Below, piece after piece: positions 50,006 through 61,250 of a DNA stretch of 64,000 bases. The stretch covers positions 28,540 to 92,539 of the forward strand of contig JAWXUH010000001.1 in assembly GCA_044432745.1 (NCBI GenBank), written 5' to 3'. Positions within the stretch are counted from its first letter, which is position 1; every line of letters starts with the position of its first letter. The notes beneath the pieces were generated by a model. It did no database searches, was not told the DNA's origin, and saw nothing but the letters and a program-made list of their open reading frames with translations. This DNA comes from a bacterium. GTDB lineage: Bacteria > Bacillota_I > Bacilli_A > RF39 > UBA660. The position numbers and the translations under genes are program-made.

Positions 50006-50697
50006 AATTTTAAATCTTTATATTTACTAATAAGATCTAAAGCTTTTTCTTTAATATATAAATTAAAAATTTTTGAAGTAGCAATTATTTCGTCATCTTC
50101 TAATTTACCTGTATGAACCGGAATTCCAATTAAACATTGTGGTTCTAATGTTTTTGGCACAAAACCTCTAGCTAGTATTTCATTTTTTATATCAAAGTCA
50201 CTTTCTATATTTAATAATGGATATTCAACTTTTATATCATTTTCTCTAAAAAAAATTTTAAAGTTATTTATTAAAATATCTTGTTCAATAGCAAATACTT
50301 GACTCTTTCTTGCGCCATCTGCAATTAATTTTATATTTTTTTGATTACAAAGAATTATTGATGCTACGTACATTGACACTCTGCAAGACAAACAATTAAA
50401 TTGTGATATTGAAACATTACCAAATTTTTTAATTATATAACTTGGTGAATAATTGTAGTATTCTTCGATAAATTTTCTCCAAAGAAAAGATATATTTATT
50501 ATACCTAAATCAACTATATTATCAGACCCGTATTTTTTTAATAGTTTATTTATGTTATAAGTTACATTTTCTGATTTTAAAGAACAACCATTGTCATAAT
50601 TAATTAAAAAAACTCTATAGCCATTATCTAAATATTTTAACGTTGTTAAAAATGAATCTTTTCCACCTGAGAATAATATTAAAATATCTTTTTTCAT
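49987..50697 (-). CDS. PP-loop superfamily ATP pyrophosphatase (adenine nucleotide alpha-hydrolase fold).
   Basis: N-terminal ILILFSGGKDSFLT, the SGGxDS PP-loop, as in QueC, TtcA and MnmA-like enzymes. Confidence 0.55.
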   Translation of the reverse strand: MKKDILILFSGGKDSFLTTLKYLDNGYRVFLINYDNGCSLKSENVTYNINKLLKKYGSDNIVDLGIINISFLWRKFIEEYYNYSPSYIIKKFGNVSISQFNCLSCRVSMYVASIILCNQKNIKLIADGARKSQVFAIEQDILINNFKIFFRENDIKVEYPLLNIESDFDIKNEILARGFVPKTLEPQCLIGIPVHTGKLEDDEIIATSKIFNLYIKEKALDLISKYKDLKFWGELL

Positions 50698-50996
50698 TTT
50701 TACCTCCTATTATTTTAATTATAGTTTTATCAAATGTTTCCACGCCTATAATTTTTTTATTATATTTTATATTTTTTTCATTCTTTCTTATAATTATTTC
50801 ATTATTGTATAATTTATATTTTAAAATTCTACATAATTATATCACAATTATTGTCAGCAAAATTTATCAAATTAAAAAAATGCTATGTAATTAGCATTTT
50901 TTAAAGTTTTTTTGTAAATACGAATATAACAATAATACAAAATAACCAATATAGAGATTATTTTTATTTTATAAGTAAACTTTAACTATATTTTGA

Positions 50997-52352
50997 TTAA
51001 CCTACTATGTCTTCTTTTGCAAAACTTTTAAATAATATTATTAAAATTATTATCGAAAGACAAAGCGTAATTATATCTGCTAATGGTTGAGCCCATATTA
51101 ATCCTTCAAAACCTAGTGTATTTGCCAGAATAAATATTATTGGTATAAATGCAATACCTTGTCTACTTACAGATAGTATCATAGCTTGTAAGCTTTTTCC
51201 TGTTGCTTGCATCGTTGACATTGTAATGTATAATATTCCTACTATTGGAGTTGTTACAATTTGTGCTCTTAACATTTGAGTTCCATATGTAATAATTAGT
51301 TTGTCATCTATAAACCCTGATATAATATTTCCTGATATTGTATATATAACCACTAAAAATATTAATCCTATAAATACTGCTACTTTAAGTGCATAAAATA
51401 ATATTTCTTTAAACCTTTCTATTTTCTTAGAACCATAACAATATCCTAGTAGTGGTTGAATACCTGTTGCTATTCCCATAAAAACCATAGTATAAATTAG
51501 CGATATTTTCATAACTATTCCCATAGCAGCTAATGCTTCTGATCCGTACGGATTTAAATATGAATTATAAACAATTGTTGATACACTTGTAAGTAAACTT
51601 GTTACTGAAGCTGGCGTACCAATTGCCACTATATTTGTTAACACTTTATTTTTAATACATATATTTTTGATAGATAAATTTATCATTGTATTTTTATTTT
51701 TAAGTATTGCTACTATATAGAAAATAGTTGAAACAATATTTGCAATCATTGTTGCAAGCGCTGCTCCTATTACTCCCATATCTAATGTAAATATAAATAT
51801 TGGATCACATGCAATATTTACTACTGTACTTAATAACATACCAAACATCGCGATTTTTGCATTTCCTTCGCTTCTGATTATATGTGTAAGTGTTGATGAT
51901 GTAATTATAAATGGTGCTCCAATTACAATCAAAGTCAGGTAACCACTTACAAAATTTGCATTTGTTTCTGTTGCACCTAGCAATGTTATTAATCCATCCA
52001 TTCCTACTAGTGTCATTCCAGTAAATAATATACCTATAAATATTGCGCAATAAAATGCTGTTGATGTTATATTTTTTATTACATCTAAATTTTTAGCTCC
52101 TAAGTTTCTTGATACATTTGAACTTGCTCCTATTCCAAATAAATTTCCAAGAGACATTAAAATCATAAATACTGGTAATGCTAATGATACTGCAGCAACT
52201 TGTACCGGATCATTTGTTTGAGCAATAAAATAAGTATCTACGATATTATAAAATGCCATCACTAACATTCCTATTATTGTTGGTAATGCTAGTTCCCGTA
52301 CAGCCTTGGATGGTTTTAAATTTTCGAAAATTTCTTCTCTATTTTTTTTCAT
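50997..52352 (-). CDS. MATE family efflux transporter.
   Basis: 12-TM protein with a MATE-like N-terminus LALPTIIGMLVMAFYNIVDTYFI. The ATG at 52352 sits 8 nt after AGGAAG. Confidence 0.8.
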   Translation of the reverse strand: MKKNREEIFENLKPSKAVRELALPTIIGMLVMAFYNIVDTYFIAQTNDPVQVAAVSLALPVFMILMSLGNLFGIGASSNVSRNLGAKNLDVIKNITSTAFYCAIFIGILFTGMTLVGMDGLITLLGATETNANFVSGYLTLIVIGAPFIITSSTLTHIIRSEGNAKIAMFGMLLSTVVNIACDPIFIFTLDMGVIGAALATMIANIVSTIFYIVAILKNKNTMINLSIKNICIKNKVLTNIVAIGTPASVTSLLTSVSTIVYNSYLNPYGSEALAAMGIVMKISLIYTMVFMGIATGIQPLLGYCYGSKKIERFKEILFYALKVAVFIGLIFLVVIYTISGNIISGFIDDKLIITYGTQMLRAQIVTTPIVGILYITMSTMQATGKSLQAMILSVSRQGIAFIPIIFILANTLGFEGLIWAQPLADIITLCLSIIILIILFKSFAKEDIVG

Positions 52353-52424
52353 ACTCCCTACTTCCTTAGCAGTACTAATTATTTTTTTTGCAAAATATAT
52401 GTGCATATTTATATGCACACATAT

Positions 52425-52871
52425 TTATTCGATATTATCTAACTGATTATTTATTTTTTTAATAATTCTTGATAATTCTTTTGTGTCTTTTTTTCCAATA
52501 GATGCAATTACTTTTGATAGTCTTTCTTTGGTTCTTGATCTATTTAACATTAGATATTCTTTACCTTTTTTAGTCAAAGATAAGATTTTACTTCGTTTGT
52601 CATCTGCAGAAGCTTCTTTTTCTATTAAACCTTTTTTTATTAGTCTATCTACAAGTGTAGTCACTGTAGCTCCAGAGATTCCTATTTCTTGACTTGCCTT
52701 CACTAAAGTCGGAGCAGTACCATATTTATAATGATACTTAGCAATAAATTTAATTACTAACATTTCACCAGAGTGTAAAAAACATTCCTCAGTCATACTT
52801 TTCTTTTTTATTATTTGTAATTTCATTTGTAATTCATCAAGTTCTTCTTCTAAAATTTTTATATTTTCCAT
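52425..52871 (-). CDS. MarR family transcriptional regulator.
   Basis: Winged HTH region LVKASQEIGISGATVTTLVDRLIKKGLIEKEASADDKRS. The ATG at 52871 sits 4-5 nt after GGAGG. It is directly upstream of the MATE gene. Confidence 0.7.
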   Translation of the reverse strand: MENIKILEEELDELQMKLQIIKKKSMTEECFLHSGEMLVIKFIAKYHYKYGTAPTLVKASQEIGISGATVTTLVDRLIKKGLIEKEASADDKRSKILSLTKKGKEYLMLNRSRTKERLSKVIASIGKKDTKELSRIIKKINNQLDNIE

Positions 52872-53088
52872 ACAGCCTCCATAAAAGTATTGATTAATTA
52901 TATGCACTAGACACGTATATTTAATTAGTAGTGCTAAGGAAACTATATATCATATACTTGTATTTGTCAACTTATATTAGACTTCACTTGTTTTTTTAAG
53001 CATTTTAATTGTATTAGATAAAATTTAAAATAAATAAAAAAGTTATCTTATTATTTAGATAACTTTAGTAAAATATATTATAATTAAC

Positions 53089-55278
53089 TTATTTTATACT
53101 CAATATCGATTTTAAATTTTTTTCTAAATTTTTGTAGTCACTATTTAAATATTCCGTATTTATTTTTATTTTTGTTTTTTTAATTTCCATTAATCTTTCA
53201 TATACTTCCTGAGCTTTAAATTGATTTGCAGTTATATACAAATCATTATAGCCTATAGATTTACAAAATAATATTTGTTTATCATTCCATACCATATTTA
53301 AAGAAGGTATCTCTAGTGATGAGGCAATAATAGAAGAATGTAATCTTGAATTAAGTATTACCTCATATTTTGATATCATTTGTACTAAATCGTAAGCATT
53401 ACACGGTAATGGTTCTATATAATCTTGAAAATTTTCAATATGTAAAAATTTTTCCTTGATTATATTTATCATTTTGTAATCACCGTATACTCCATTAGTG
53501 TATAATTTAAAATTAACTTGTTTTTCTAATAATATATTTATTAATTTTTCATAAAATACAATTAACTCTTCTTCTGTTATATCTTTCTCGTATTCTTGAA
53601 ATATATTAAACCTTATAATATTTATACCAACTATGTCACTTTTTTCTTTTTTCACCATGAAATAATTGCTAATACTAATAGCTGGATCTGAAACTTTTTC
53701 AATACTAATTTTTTTATTAGTTATATAATTTTCACTTAATATTTTCATATCATCTCTTGTAGTTATAGACTTTATGCATTTATAATTTAACATTTCTTTT
53801 AACAATTGACAAATATTGTTATTTTCGTTATAACCTTCAATACCTACAGCATTAAATATCGTTGGAGTATTATTTTTTTTAGCTATTTGTAGTATTTCGT
53901 GCATAAATAGTGATATATGAAGTTGTTTATTATACTTAATTAAACCACCACCACAAAAAATTATTACGTCACATTTATGTACTTTGTTTATTTCATTTGT
54001 CATAAAATATTTATATATATTTTCTTGTTTCAAATTTTCTAAGTCTTCTATATTAGTACTTATATTTTCATGATCAAATTTTTTTATTTTATTTTCTAAT
54101 TTGTGATTGTTGTCACCCATGTCAATATCAATAAAATTAGCTAAAACATCATTTTTCATTAATATGTCTTCTACCATTTTTTTCGTTGTTTCATGAATTG
54201 CTGTATCACCAAAATTAGTTACATCTAAATATACAAATCCAACATTGTATATTTTTTTTGATTTTTTTACTGTTGCTGATATTTTTTCTTTTATACTTAG
54301 TTTATTCATGTAATCAGCAAATAATTTTGTATCAAGTTCCTTATTTTTTTTAAACCAATTAATATAACTCAATTTATTATCATTATATTTTACTATTTCA
54401 TCATTTTCTACATTTAATATATCATGATATGTATCAAGTTTTAAAGGTAACATTAAACACTTTTCACAATTACAGTTAATATTGTTACCTTCACTTATGT
54501 ATTTTGAAAATTTATTGAAATCTTTTATTTTTTCTTTAGTATTAATATAATCTATTTTATTAAACATAATATTGTTTACTATTAAATCTTTATCGAAAAT
54601 TTTATCAAACAGCGATTCTGTTACTTGATATTTATTATAAAAAGAATGATTTGTTATAGTATTGTTAAAAAAAGAGATAGCACTTATTTCAAAGAAAGAT
54701 TGTAATATAGTTTTTTGAAATTTGCTTGCTCTTATTAAATCAGATATATTACTACTAATACTAATGTTTTTTATATTGTTTTCTTTTGCAAATTTTCTGA
54801 TTTTTTTACTTTTTTCGTTATATTTATCATATGATGATCCATTTATATTAAGATCTATAATAAAATCTAATTTTTTTATTTTTTCATAATTTAAAATATT
54901 ATCGTAACTAAAATTCAATTCATATGATGTTATTTTTTTATTTGCTTTATTTATTTTCTTATTATTTTCACATATATTAATTTCACTTAACTTAGTATAC
55001 TTCTTATCTAAAAAAACAGGTATTAATGTATTATTAATATAATCTTTTAATTTCTTACTAATTGTACCTGGTATTTTTATTTCTTTATTTTTAAATAAAG
55101 CATATGGTATTAAAGCAATAACTATTGCATCGTAATTATCTAAAATTATATCACTTTCAATTAAATTATTTGTTTCATACCATATCTTCTTTTTTAACCC
55201 ATCTTGGATTACAATGTAATTTATTCTTATTACATTTTTATTTGGATGAGTTATATAACATTCTATTACATCAATCAT
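53089..55278 (-). CDS. Two-domain protein: an N-terminal domain of unknown function (about 340 aa) fused to a C-terminal polysaccharide pyruvyl transferase domain.
   Basis: The C-terminal half has VGFVYLDVTNFGDTAIHE, DVIIFCGGGLI and MVWNDKQ, matching the PF04230 CsaB/WcaK-like family and the shorter paralog at 56979. The N-terminal half has no match. Confidence 0.5.
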   Translation of the reverse strand: MIDVIECYITHPNKNVIRINYIVIQDGLKKKIWYETNNLIESDIILDNYDAIVIALIPYALFKNKEIKIPGTISKKLKDYINNTLIPVFLDKKYTKLSEINICENNKKINKANKKITSYELNFSYDNILNYEKIKKLDFIIDLNINGSSYDKYNEKSKKIRKFAKENNIKNISISSNISDLIRASKFQKTILQSFFEISAISFFNNTITNHSFYNKYQVTESLFDKIFDKDLIVNNIMFNKIDYINTKEKIKDFNKFSKYISEGNNINCNCEKCLMLPLKLDTYHDILNVENDEIVKYNDNKLSYINWFKKNKELDTKLFADYMNKLSIKEKISATVKKSKKIYNVGFVYLDVTNFGDTAIHETTKKMVEDILMKNDVLANFIDIDMGDNNHKLENKIKKFDHENISTNIEDLENLKQENIYKYFMTNEINKVHKCDVIIFCGGGLIKYNKQLHISLFMHEILQIAKKNNTPTIFNAVGIEGYNENNNICQLLKEMLNYKCIKSITTRDDMKILSENYITNKKISIEKVSDPAISISNYFMVKKEKSDIVGINIIRFNIFQEYEKDITEEELIVFYEKLINILLEKQVNFKLYTNGVYGDYKMINIIKEKFLHIENFQDYIEPLPCNAYDLVQMISKYEVILNSRLHSSIIASSLEIPSLNMVWNDKQILFCKSIGYNDLYITANQFKAQEVYERLMEIKKTKIKINTEYLNSDYKNLEKNLKSILSIK

Positions 55279-56894
55279 TTTTTATCCTGATTTCTTAATA
55301 TTATATTATTTATTATATTGTCTGATGCTTTTCCAAAGGTTGTATCAAAATTACTTTTCGAAAATTCTAATGTTTTTTCAAGTTCAAAATCTTCTTTATC
55401 TAAAGTATCTAATAACTCTTTAAAAGTGTCACAAACCTTACCTGGAGCAGATTCTTTTATACTTTGATAAACTCCCCTTGTTAATTCATATTCGCATCTA
55501 TCATAAGTGAAAAATACTATAGGTTTTTCCATTAATGAAAATTCGTAATAACTAGAAGAATAATCTGTTATCATAATATCAGTTATATAATATAAATTAT
55601 TTATATGTTTATATTCTGAAAACTCTCTTATATGTTCTTTATACTTATCAGGTATTTCTACACGTTCTGTTATAAATGGATGTAGTTTTATTAAAAACAA
55701 ATAATTTTTTTTCTTACAAACTTTATATAATTTTTCAAAATCAAAATTTTGAAAATCATAGTAAGCTGTCTTTTGACCAACTCCTCTATACGTTGGTGCA
55801 AAAAGAATAATTTTTTTATTTTTTAAGAATTCATATTCATCATATAATTCCTTTTTAGTCGTTTCTATAATGTCTTTATCTAGAAAATTATCTAATCTTG
55901 GCATACCATATGGATATAAATTTTCTTTTTGTTGACCAAATACTTCTTCAAATACTTTTATTAATTGATTTGAACCAACTATTGCTTTTGTATAATTTTT
56001 ATGACAAGAACACACTGGGAATGGAGAACCGTTTTTTCCAAATCTACAATACCCTACTGCTTTAAATCCTGCTCCAGCATGCCATAATTGAACTAATTCT
56101 ACGTTTTTATTTAATTTCAAAAAGTTAAATATTGGTACGTAATCATCTACAATTATAGTATGTGATTTTGATATTTTAAGTATAGTTTTAAACCAGCTGT
56201 AATTGCTTTTACTAACACCAACTGCTTTTCTAAACGAATAAATTATTTTTAAATTTAATTTTCTTTCTTCTATTTTATCATCTACAGCTTTTAAATTTCC
56301 CCACATATAATCTTTTGTTTCTGACATAAATAGTATTTTGTCATGCTTATTAGTCATATATAGTATTTTGTATGCTAAATTCATTAATAAAATTTTAAAA
56401 TCTTTACTCAAGTTTTTTATTATTTTTTTAGGCTTATTTGCTTCGTATAAATATAATCTTTTATTCCATTTCTGATTTTTTTTCATAAAGAAATTATGCA
56501 TAATTAATACGTAGTTTAAATTTTCTGTTTCTGCTAACGAAAACGATATATTATAGGAATACAAATCATTTTTTCCATATTTAAATATTTTATCTAAATT
56601 TTCTAATTCATATGCAGTCTCTATATCAACAGTACACGTATGTTCTTCTTCTTCATGTAGTGCTAAAATTCTCCATTTTCCATTTTCTAAAAATTGATTG
56701 TTTGCTATTGAAGCTAAATTTAATGAAAATATATATTCATTATTTTTATATTCGTCGTACTTTATTTCAATATTTTTTTTAGTTTTATAACAGAAAAAGT
56801 TAAAATTAACATCTTCTTTTATATCTGATTTTATTTTAATTTCTAAAAATATTCTATTCCATTTAATATTAGTTATTACAAATTTACTTTCCAT
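55275..56894 (-). CDS. CDP-glycerol glycerophosphotransferase (TagB/TagF family) with an N-terminal extension.
   Basis: C-terminal LVQLWHAGAGFKAVGY...ILFAPTYRG...ITDYSS motifs, typical of PF04464. AAGGAGA lies 4 nt before the ATG. Confidence 0.65.
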   Translation of the reverse strand: MESKFVITNIKWNRIFLEIKIKSDIKEDVNFNFFCYKTKKNIEIKYDEYKNNEYIFSLNLASIANNQFLENGKWRILALHEEEEHTCTVDIETAYELENLDKIFKYGKNDLYSYNISFSLAETENLNYVLIMHNFFMKKNQKWNKRLYLYEANKPKKIIKNLSKDFKILLMNLAYKILYMTNKHDKILFMSETKDYMWGNLKAVDDKIEERKLNLKIIYSFRKAVGVSKSNYSWFKTILKISKSHTIIVDDYVPIFNFLKLNKNVELVQLWHAGAGFKAVGYCRFGKNGSPFPVCSCHKNYTKAIVGSNQLIKVFEEVFGQQKENLYPYGMPRLDNFLDKDIIETTKKELYDEYEFLKNKKIILFAPTYRGVGQKTAYYDFQNFDFEKLYKVCKKKNYLFLIKLHPFITERVEIPDKYKEHIREFSEYKHINNLYYITDIMITDYSSSYYEFSLMEKPIVFFTYDRCEYELTRGVYQSIKESAPGKVCDTFKELLDTLDKEDFELEKTLEFSKSNFDTTFGKASDNIINNIILRNQDKK

Positions 56895-56978
56895 TTTTTC
56901 TCCTTAATGTGCTTGTATCAAATTTTTATAATATTGTATATACAATTATATTTGATAATAAAAATTATAGTATATAGA

Positions 56979-58040
56979 TTAATATAAATTTTCTATAATA
57001 ATTTCTACGCTATTACTAGCTTCTTTTTTCAATGAATCTATTTTCTTTTTATCATAAGATTTTTTTATTGATGATTGTAACTTATTATAAATTTTATTAG
57101 CATCCATTAAATCTTTTTCAGATAAATAAAATTCTTTTCTATCTATCATAGCAGCAAATAAATTCATTTTGTCATTCCAAACTAAACCAACTGTTGGTAC
57201 ATCTAATGATGTTGCTATTATATTAGCATGCATTCTAGCAGCAATAATACCTTTAAATTGAGAAATACATTCAACAAGTTCAATACTTGATTTTGGTAAA
57301 TCTGCCATATATTTATCTACATCTAAATTTAATTCATTAAGAACTTCTAATCCAAATTCATAATCTTTTTTCATTCCGTTACAAAATAACTTGAATTCTA
57401 CTTTTTTCTCAATCATTACATTTATTAAATCTTTATACATTTTAAAAATAGTTTCTACACTTTGAGAATTTTTATTTGCTTCAAATATTTCTGGTCTTAT
57501 TAATCCTAAACCTATTACTTCTGATTTTTTATCTTTTTTTACGTTATATGTTTCAGATGCAAAAATTCCTGGATCTGAAATGTTACTAATTCTTTTATCT
57601 GGTGCATATGATTGTAAGCAGGTAAAATCTCCTCTAGTTGTTATTTGTTTAACACAGTCAGTATTAAATAACTCTTTTAAAAGTTCTACATTTTCTTCGT
57701 TAGGATTTATTTTTAATAAACCAATTGCATTAAAATAAAAATTTACATTTTCTTCTTCACAAGTATCTATTAATTCCTTTATTAACTGATTAAATTTTAA
57801 ACTGTTAATTCCTCCACCAGGAAATACTACTGCTGATGAATCTTTAACAACTTTTTTATAATATTTATTTCTTTTTTCTGTATCATTTTTATGTTTATAA
57901 ATATCATAAATTTTTACTTTAAAGTTTTTCTTATCAACAAATTGATTGATAATATATTGTAAACAATCTCCTATAATTGGATCTCCATAGTTTGTTATGT
58001 TTTTTCTTGAAAAAATAGCTATTGTTTGCTCTTTTTTCAT
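56979..58040 (-). CDS. Polysaccharide pyruvyl transferase family protein.
   Basis: IAIFSRKNITNYGDPIIGD, VVFPGGGI and LVWNDKM. The ORF track start at 58100 has no RBS. The start was chosen at M21 (MKKEQTIAIF) from family N-terminal conservation, so the start is uncertain. Confidence 0.55.
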   Translation of the reverse strand: MKKEQTIAIFSRKNITNYGDPIIGDCLQYIINQFVDKKNFKVKIYDIYKHKNDTEKRNKYYKKVVKDSSAVVFPGGGINSLKFNQLIKELIDTCEEENVNFYFNAIGLLKINPNEENVELLKELFNTDCVKQITTRGDFTCLQSYAPDKRISNISDPGIFASETYNVKKDKKSEVIGLGLIRPEIFEANKNSQSVETIFKMYKDLINVMIEKKVEFKLFCNGMKKDYEFGLEVLNELNLDVDKYMADLPKSSIELVECISQFKGIIAARMHANIIATSLDVPTVGLVWNDKMNLFAAMIDRKEFYLSEKDLMDANKIYNKLQSSIKKSYDKKKIDSLKKEASNSVEIIIENLY

Positions 58041-58358
58041 TATTTTATATTTTATAGTTTTTTTTATATTCATTTTTTTTATTTGCAATGTAAATTGCAT
58101 CCTTTCATTTTTTTGTCTATAGTTATTTTTTAATTTTTTTATTAAAGTGATTACTTAATCATTTTAATATTTTTCACCTCACTATTATAAGTATATACTA
58201 TTTTTAGTTCAATGTCAGTTTCAAATTAAAAACAGTACATTTATATTATATATTAAAATAATACAACTTCCATCTTTTCTTTTATCTATTTTACACAGTT
58301 ATTGAATATTTAGAGCATTATTTTATAATATTAAGGTTAATTTATATTAATTTTTAAT

Positions 58359-59399
58359 CTACTTTGTTAATTTAAAATTTAAATCTAATGAAGTCCAACC
58401 TTCTTTTCTTAAATTAAGGTATTCTTCTATTTTTTGATTACTTCTTTTTGATATAGTTGAAACTCTTCCCTGATTATGTACATAAGGATTTATATATCTA
58501 GTTTTAGATTTTGTATATACGCTATATTTATTAGCAACTTTACCATCACATGACTGAGCTGATTCTAGTTTTTCAAAAGTATTAAAAGCTTCTCTTATTT
58601 CTTTATCATCACAATTTTTTATTTTCTGTATAACTTCTCTTTCAGATAAAATATATAAATCATCAAGAGTAATATATTTTTTCTCTATCATTTCTCTTAC
58701 TATATCAGCAATAAATTGCATAACCGTTCTATCGTTATCATCAACCCATGATGGCCATAAAGTTGATATTATATCTATATATTCTTCTGCTATTTCTTTA
58801 TCTTTAAACATTAATTCTAATTCGTTAAATTCGTTTGTTTCAACTATTATATTTTCATATATTTTTTTAATTTTTTCTAAATCCCATACTTTTTTTAATG
58901 TCATACCACTTGAAAACGTATATTCTAATCTATCTGCTGATAATTTAGGTGTATCATTGTCTGCAATTGAGTACATTTTATAATCTACAACATCTTCAAG
59001 ATTTATTTTATCTCTATCAAGTAATTTTCTAATTTCCATGGAATTTTTTATAATGTCATAAGTTCTCTCTTCTGTACTTTCTTGATTTTCGCTATCTCCA
59101 TTCATGAAATCTATACAATGTTTAAAAACTGGTGTGGCTATATCATGAAATAATCCAGATAATGTTGCTTTTTTATCTTTTGTAAAATTCCATATTACTA
59201 ATGCAACACCTATGCTATGCGTTAAATTAGAATAAAAATATGGTATATCATACATTCCAGAATAATCTGTACCACATCCAATGCTTATTTCATTTATTCT
59301 TTGCATTTCAGATGTCTGTATGTAATCATCCAACCATTTCGGATAATCATTACATAGAATATTTAAATATTCTTTTACCATTGTTTCTTCAGTTTTCAT
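58359..59399 (-). CDS. HD-domain phosphohydrolase family protein.
   Basis: The H...HD motif HSIGVALV...LSGLFHDIATP. AGGAGA lies 6 nt before the ATG. Confidence 0.55.
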   Translation of the reverse strand: MKTEETMVKEYLNILCNDYPKWLDDYIQTSEMQRINEISIGCGTDYSGMYDIPYFYSNLTHSIGVALVIWNFTKDKKATLSGLFHDIATPVFKHCIDFMNGDSENQESTEERTYDIIKNSMEIRKLLDRDKINLEDVVDYKMYSIADNDTPKLSADRLEYTFSSGMTLKKVWDLEKIKKIYENIIVETNEFNELELMFKDKEIAEEYIDIISTLWPSWVDDNDRTVMQFIADIVREMIEKKYITLDDLYILSEREVIQKIKNCDDKEIREAFNTFEKLESAQSCDGKVANKYSVYTKSKTRYINPYVHNQGRVSTISKRSNQKIEEYLNLRKEGWTSLDLNFKLTK

Positions 59400-59400
59400 A

Positions 59401-60063
59401 TTAAATCTCCTTTTCTTTATTTGAAAATATAGTGTGGATTATAATTGCTATACTAACTAGTATAAGTAATATATTTATAAAAATAATTACCGAAAATGAT
59501 TGATATACATAATTAAATACTTGTACTGGATTAATTGAATTTGCTAAAGTATTTATCATCGTTATATTAACAGTACCTAACATAAAAGCAAATGTATTTT
59601 TTAGAAGTATACCTTTTTTCAATCTACTTTTAAATAACTTTTCGTTAATAATGTCTTCTTTTTCGTGTAATACCATTATAGTAGGTAATATTATAAATAA
59701 AATTACTAAAAAGAAAAATGATATTTTAGAATCTATCTTTTTTACTACTGAGTCACTAGGATCGGTACTCGAATATAATATCTCTATTTCGCTTCCTGTA
59801 GTTGGTTTTGCACTTTCATTAATGTCTGATACTATAAAGTATTGTTCACCATCAACTTCGTAGCTATACGTAAGTTGATATATTTCTAAATTTTCTTCTT
59901 TATCTGATTCTATCACTGTTACAGATTCTAACGTTGCTACTACACTCAAATAACCTTCAGTATTTGATTCTATAGTTAAAGTTTTAGAAAAAAATATTCC
60001 TAATATAAACATCATTATAAGTATAGATATTACATATGTATATTTTTGTTTTTTTTCTTCCAT
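59401..60063 (-). CDS. Hypothetical membrane protein.
   Basis: 220 aa. An N-terminal TM helix, an extracytoplasmic domain, then 3 C-terminal TM helices. AAGGAAA lies 5 nt before the ATG. Confidence 0.4.
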   Translation of the reverse strand: MEEKKQKYTYVISILIMMFILGIFFSKTLTIESNTEGYLSVVATLESVTVIESDKEENLEIYQLTYSYEVDGEQYFIVSDINESAKPTTGSEIEILYSSTDPSDSVVKKIDSKISFFFLVILFIILPTIMVLHEKEDIINEKLFKSRLKKGILLKNTFAFMLGTVNITMINTLANSINPVQVFNYVYQSFSVIIFINILLILVSIAIIIHTIFSNKEKEI

Positions 60064-60168
60064 TTTATTTTCCTTCCTTTTAAATTTAATATTCTTGTTT
60101 ATTTTTCGAGGCGATATAATTGATATAATGATAAGTATTTTATTTTACTAGAACTATTTTTAGTTCTA

Positions 60169-61230
60169 CTATTTTTTTATCATTAAATTTATTTCTTTTT
60201 TTAACGTTTCTATTATTTCTTCTTGTGGTACTTTTTTGATAATTTCACCTTTTTTAAATAAAATTCCATCATTAATTCCACCTGCTATACCTATATCAGC
60301 TTCCCTTGCTTCTCCTGGACCATTTACACAACAACCCATAACAGCTACCGTTATATCACTTTCAATAGTTTCTAAAAATTCTTCTACTTGTTTTGCTAAA
60401 TCTATTAAGTTAATTCTAGTTCTTCCACAAGTAGGACATGCTATTAACGTTGGTTTATTTTTGTATAAACTACAATCTTTTAATATTTCTTTAGCTACTT
60501 TTATTTCTTTTATTGGATCATCAGATAATGATACTCTAATTGTATTACCTATTTGACTTCTTAACATGACACCTAAACCTATACTTGATTTGATAGTACC
60601 ACTAAACTCTGTTCCTGCTTCTGTTATACCTAAATGAAGTGGACAATCAAATTCTTTTGCAGCTTCTAAATAACTTTCAATACATAAATCTAAATTCGAT
60701 GCTTTTAGTGATACTATGTAATTTTTAAAATCTAATTTTTCTAAGATTTCAACATGCCTTTTAGCACTCTCTACCATTGCTTTTGCTGTTGGTTTTTTAT
60801 ATTTTTTTAATAAATCTTTTTCAAGTGATCCTGCATTAACACCAATTCTAATTGGAATATTTTTTTCTTTACATCTATCAACTACCAATCTTACTTTATC
60901 TTCACTTCCAATATTACCAGGATTAATCCTTATTTTATCTACTCCAGATTCTATAGCTTCTATCGCTAATTTATAATCAAAATGAATATCTGCAACTATT
61001 GGGATATTTATTTTTTTCTTTATTTCTTTTATAGCTCTTGCATCTTCAATATCTAAACATGCCACTCTTATAATTTGACAACCAGCTTTTTCTAGTTCAT
61101 TTATCTGCTTAACTGTTGCATCTATTTCTTTAGTCTTTGTATTACACATAGACTGGATAACTACATTATTTGTACCTCCTATTTCTACATTTCCTACTAA
61201 AACTTTTCTTGTATTAACTCTTTTAATCAT
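60169..61230 (-). CDS. ispG: 4-hydroxy-3-methylbut-2-en-1-yl diphosphate synthase (flavodoxin), IspG/GcpE.
   Basis: N-terminal [22 protein letters not shown] and the C-terminal [4Fe-4S] Cys motif CPTCGRT...GCCVNGPGE. Confidence 0.9.
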   Translation of the reverse strand: MIKRVNTRKVLVGNVEIGGTNNVVIQSMCNTKTKEIDATVKQINELEKAGCQIIRVACLDIEDARAIKEIKKKINIPIVADIHFDYKLAIEAIESGVDKIRINPGNIGSEDKVRLVVDRCKEKNIPIRIGVNAGSLEKDLLKKYKKPTAKAMVESAKRHVEILEKLDFKNYIVSLKASNLDLCIESYLEAAKEFDCPLHLGITEAGTEFSGTIKSSIGLGVMLRSQIGNTIRVSLSDDPIKEIKVAKEILKDCSLYKNKPTLIACPTCGRTRINLIDLAKQVEEFLETIESDITVAVMGCCVNGPGEAREADIGIAGGINDGILFKKGEIIKKVPQEEIIETLKKEINLMIKK

Positions 61231-61250
61231 AGTTTACCTCTTTTAACATT

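Noticed and set aside
50643-50894. An 83-aa plus-strand ORF overlapping the PP-loop gene start and promoter region
   Set aside because: It is hydrophobic and low-complexity, has no RBS, and overlaps the 5' end of a motif-bearing gene.
51805-52050. An 81-aa minus-strand ORF inside the MATE gene (alternative frame)
   Set aside because: It is an out-of-frame overlap with a 12-TM transporter gene. Its Cys/Arg/Asn-rich composition is a frame artefact.
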